Source of the DNA: Fistulifera solaris
Lineage: Eukaryota
DNA: 64,000 bases
Direction of reading: 5' to 3'
NCBI GenBank assembly: GCA_030295235.1
Contig: AP026129.1
Coordinates: forward strand, 186,001 to 250,000
The notes beneath the pieces are model-generated. The model saw only the letters and a list, made by a program, of their open reading frames with translations, did no database searches and was not told the DNA's origin. The position numbers and the translations under genes were made by a program. This document shows positions 61,201 to 64,000 of the stretch, piece by piece. Numbering within the stretch: the first letter of the stretch is position 1; the number at the start of each line of letters is the position of its first letter.

Positions 61201-62616
61201 GTGCGCAGCATTTATGTCCATCTTCACTTTGGTCTCCACCGCATGGACATCTGACTTAACAACGCTAGCCTTCAAGTAGTATAACCCATAGTGTGACTGA
61301 GGTACCGTCAACACACTCTTTCCGGAGGGGTCAGTGATCTTCATCGCACAACTGGTTATCTCAATCTTGCACCCTTGCTTCACTAAAGCCCCAGTACTGA
61401 TAATATTCTTCGCGAACGTCGGCGCCACCTTGACTTCACTCAACTTCATAGTACCACCCACAGTAGCGAGCATGAGTGTACCCTTCTTGTGTACTTGGAC
61501 TTCCTTTCCGTCACCGACGACCAAATACTCCTTCGTCGAAATAACATCGCTCAAAATCGTTTCATCCACAACAACATGGCACGTCGCTCCACTGTCGAGA
61601 AGGAACCTTTCCTTGTCTTTGACTCTCGACACTTCGACCGCGCCAACTTGATGAACGACGCCACAGAACTCTTCGCCGCCTTTGCCGACCTCATAGCACA
61701 TGCCGACGAACATGTTCAGGTCCTTGTTCTCCGGCTTCGGATCCTTGCCGTTCGACTTGTCCGGACACTCGCGAGAGAAATGGCCTTCCTTGCCACAGTT
61801 GAAGCAGACTTTCTTCTTGTCGCTCTTGCACTCCACTGCCTTGTGTTCTTGTTTGCCGCAGTTGCGGCACTTTCCCTTGAACTTCTTCTTAAAACCACCC
61901 TTGCCCTTTTCGACGTTTAATGCTAAATTTTTATTTTCTTTTTTGTCTTTTTTCTTTTTCTTCGTTTTCTTCATCGTTCTTGGGCTTGAAACAGCGCTTC
62001 CACTTGTTCCGGATCTCCTTCTCGAGGTCTTCAATCGAGGTCTCGTTGATCTTTCCGCTCAACTTCGTGATCACATCCGAATACTCGTCAGGAAGGTTGG
62101 CCAAGTAGTGGGCCTTCAAAACTTAAACTTGGCTTCACATACTGCGATCCGATTGTCTTCAAACGGTTCTGCAACCGATCGCACTCCAGGAAGAACTTGT
62201 CAGGGTCATCTTCCTTCGACGCCAACTTGCACCGTCCGAACTCCGCCAACACTTCCGCCAAATCTTCCTCGCTGTTCCGGGCGTACTTAGCATCCAAAAG
62301 CTTGAATGCGTCTCTCGCATCGCCATCCGCTCTCTTGACAAGACCCAAAGGAACGCCTTCGCACGCAATCACCAACAAATCGATGATCTCGAGATTGCTT
62401 CGATACAACTCCTTGTCCTTCGGCCGTCGCCGTCGCTCCCATCGCAACTTCCTTCGTGGGGATCTCGGCCTTCAGGTCATCGAACACACTCGTCCAACCT
62501 CTCTTCGTGATCAACGACATCGTCTTGAACTTCCAGTCATCGTACGACTTCTCAGCGACCTTGTCGTCCAACGGGTAGAAGGTCAAAGCCCTCATCTTCT
62601 CTCCCTCGTCGGTCAT
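58210..62616 (-). CDS. Copia Gag-Pol polyprotein (several frameshifts in this consensus)
   Basis: Two CCHC knuckles, protease LLDSGATCH, HHCC and integrase (YVDTSGP, CDNAGEN, NGVVER), RT (MYGLVQSPR, VYVDD), RNase H (VDSNFA, SSTEAEY, EDNTGA, RTKHIDIR). Confidence 0.93.
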
Positions 62617-62665
62617 CTTGTCTTGTCTCGTAAACTTTTTTTTCTCAACGCCACGCTTATAAGCG

Positions 62666-63177
62666 TGTTGAAATTTCTACCGCGGTCTGTAACTGCTCTC
62701 GGCTATCGGGGACTCCACACACCCCAGACGAAAGACTATTGAAACAACGAACTTTTGCTCCAAACACTCGTTTACAGAATTATGACGATTTCCTCACGAT
62801 TACTTTCGCTTTTCCTCTTTTTCACTGGTCTCCGATCTGATCTTGATCTGATCATGATCCGATCTTGCCAAGTCCATTTCTCCAATAACAACTTTAGGAT
62901 AAAATAGCCCTTTCTGCCAATCCACCAGATTCTCCATTATTGCATGTTCCTTAGCAACTAGCAACAGTCATCGTCCATAATTGCATACTGGATTCTTCCG
63001 TGATCCCAAATCCCCAAACATATAGTTCAAACACTTCCGAGACTCCTTTCACGAGTAGAATGCTTTCCCAATAAACTAGGCGGTCATTTCGAACCATTCC
63101 GACATCCGATGACGTGTCAACTCATGACTGAATAAATCTTTCAGTCCGACACTCAACCTCGACCTCGCTCTTTGACA
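62666..63177 (-). repeat. 5' LTR (512 bp)
   Basis: Direct repeat of 57725-58234; only a few single-base indels seen. Confidence 0.95.
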
Positions 63178-63380
63178 GAGCGCTGCGTCTGTGCTGAAAA
63201 CGGGCATTCAATATCCGGGTACCTTGCAAGGGTGAATGCGAATGAGCTGAGCAGACATGAAAGTGATGCGAAATAATCTACCTAATGGAGTATCATAGAT
63301 CCAGTAAGAGCGCACGGCCAACGTTTCCAACAGGGACCGCGATGATTGGGATTACTCACACACCAGACCCATGATTTAAA

Positions 63381-63987
63381 TTACCATTTACGAAAGTGCT
63401 TCTTGTTTACGTGATAGTTTTTGTCCATGAGCTCGGGAGGGATGCCAAATCGACTAAAAATCTTCACGGAAAATTGGCGGAAATAAGCATGTCGACCAAA
63501 GATAGTCCCTACAAGGACGAGAAGAGTAGCATAGACGGGAGAAATGATGATAAAAGTACAAATCCGGTATGACCATGGGCCCTCAAGAATACTTCCTTTG
63601 ATACCCAAGCCGTCACTCACCGCAGGACGAACGAGCTGATAAAGTAATAAGGTCGAGACGTCATGGGCGTGAGATTGGAGAATAAGGTGACTGCAAGTAT
63701 AGAAATTGTCTTTCTTGTATCATTCTTACCATCATGGTCGATGATCCTGTGATTCCAAACACTATGCATATTAACGCCATCTCACGATACCAAGCAAAGG
63801 TTCCACGCGGTGGCATATCTTTGGGCGCTGTATACCTTTGCCACATAGATAGCGGCTTGTTACTGCTGTTCGAGTCACTCGCCGGTGTTGTAAAGTGGCG
63901 TCTCCCTAAACTCTTATTCACCAAATTCCCGCGACGCAGACAGCTGAGCGTGCGAGGTAGAAGAGTTCTCTGAAACAATGTGTTCAT
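63381..63987 (-). CDS. Small membrane protein (DUF6787-like) with mitochondrial-type presequence
   Basis: ICIVFGITGSSTMM|LVRP..., SPVYATLLVLVGTIFGRHAYF. Intron 63636-63729; Arg/Ser/Leu-rich N-terminus. Confidence 0.65.
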
Positions 63988-64000
63988 AATTTGGTAACTG

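Larger units (their letters stand above)
57725..63177 (-). mobile_element. Full-length Ty1/Copia LTR retrotransposon (CoDi-like)
   Basis: Two near-identical TG...CA LTRs, flanking GAGCGC duplication, and gag-PR-IN-RT-RH domain order. Confidence 0.97.

Noticed and set aside
7010..62616. Programmed frameshifting or mass pseudogenisation in many genes
   Set aside because: Breaks are single-base indels, many in homopolymer runs, and hit conserved housekeeping genes (mL59, ACY1, RluA) with otherwise intact motifs. This is best explained by long-read consensus error; short-read polishing would decide.
1..64000. tRNA, rRNA or other structured RNA genes
   Set aside because: None recognised by eye; tRNAscan-SE and Infernal were not available, so small ncRNAs cannot be excluded.

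Overview
Eukaryotic, gene-dense genomic DNA, almost certainly from a diatom. Support: short 60-95 nt GT-AG introns, ASAF-type bipartite plastid presequences, a silicanin-like gene, DUF6824 genes, a diatom-type cyclin and a Ty1/Copia element. About 27 host genes can be read, including an HSF, PhyH, fused PurK-PurE, bacterial-type cytochrome b561, mL59, a soluble adenylyl-cyclase-like STAND protein, two methyltransferases, an ApaH-like phosphatase, ACY1, a RluA-type pseudouridine synthase, a TyrP-like permease, SPT4, TPR-MYND, a rhomboid, a PAS/LOV-like protein, a cyclin, a WW protein, a HAD hydrolase and a ShKT protein. Two complete transposons are present: a PIF/Harbinger element (27527-29595, TTA TSD) between two DUF6824 paralogues, and a young Copia element (57725-63177). 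Many genes are broken by single-base indels, often at homopolymers, which look like long-read consensus errors. The least explained signals are non-coding: an enriched intergenic palindrome family (TACCWGGTA / GTACCGGTAC), a dispersed CCACGACTG-N4-6-CAGTCATGAG hairpin motif, a 52-bp palindromic tandem array, and the Copia element's 6-bp TSD and palindromic primer-binding region. An orphan NPPF amino-methyltransferase resembling DNA N6-adenine methylases is also notable. All family calls come from recognising motifs by eye; no database searches were run.
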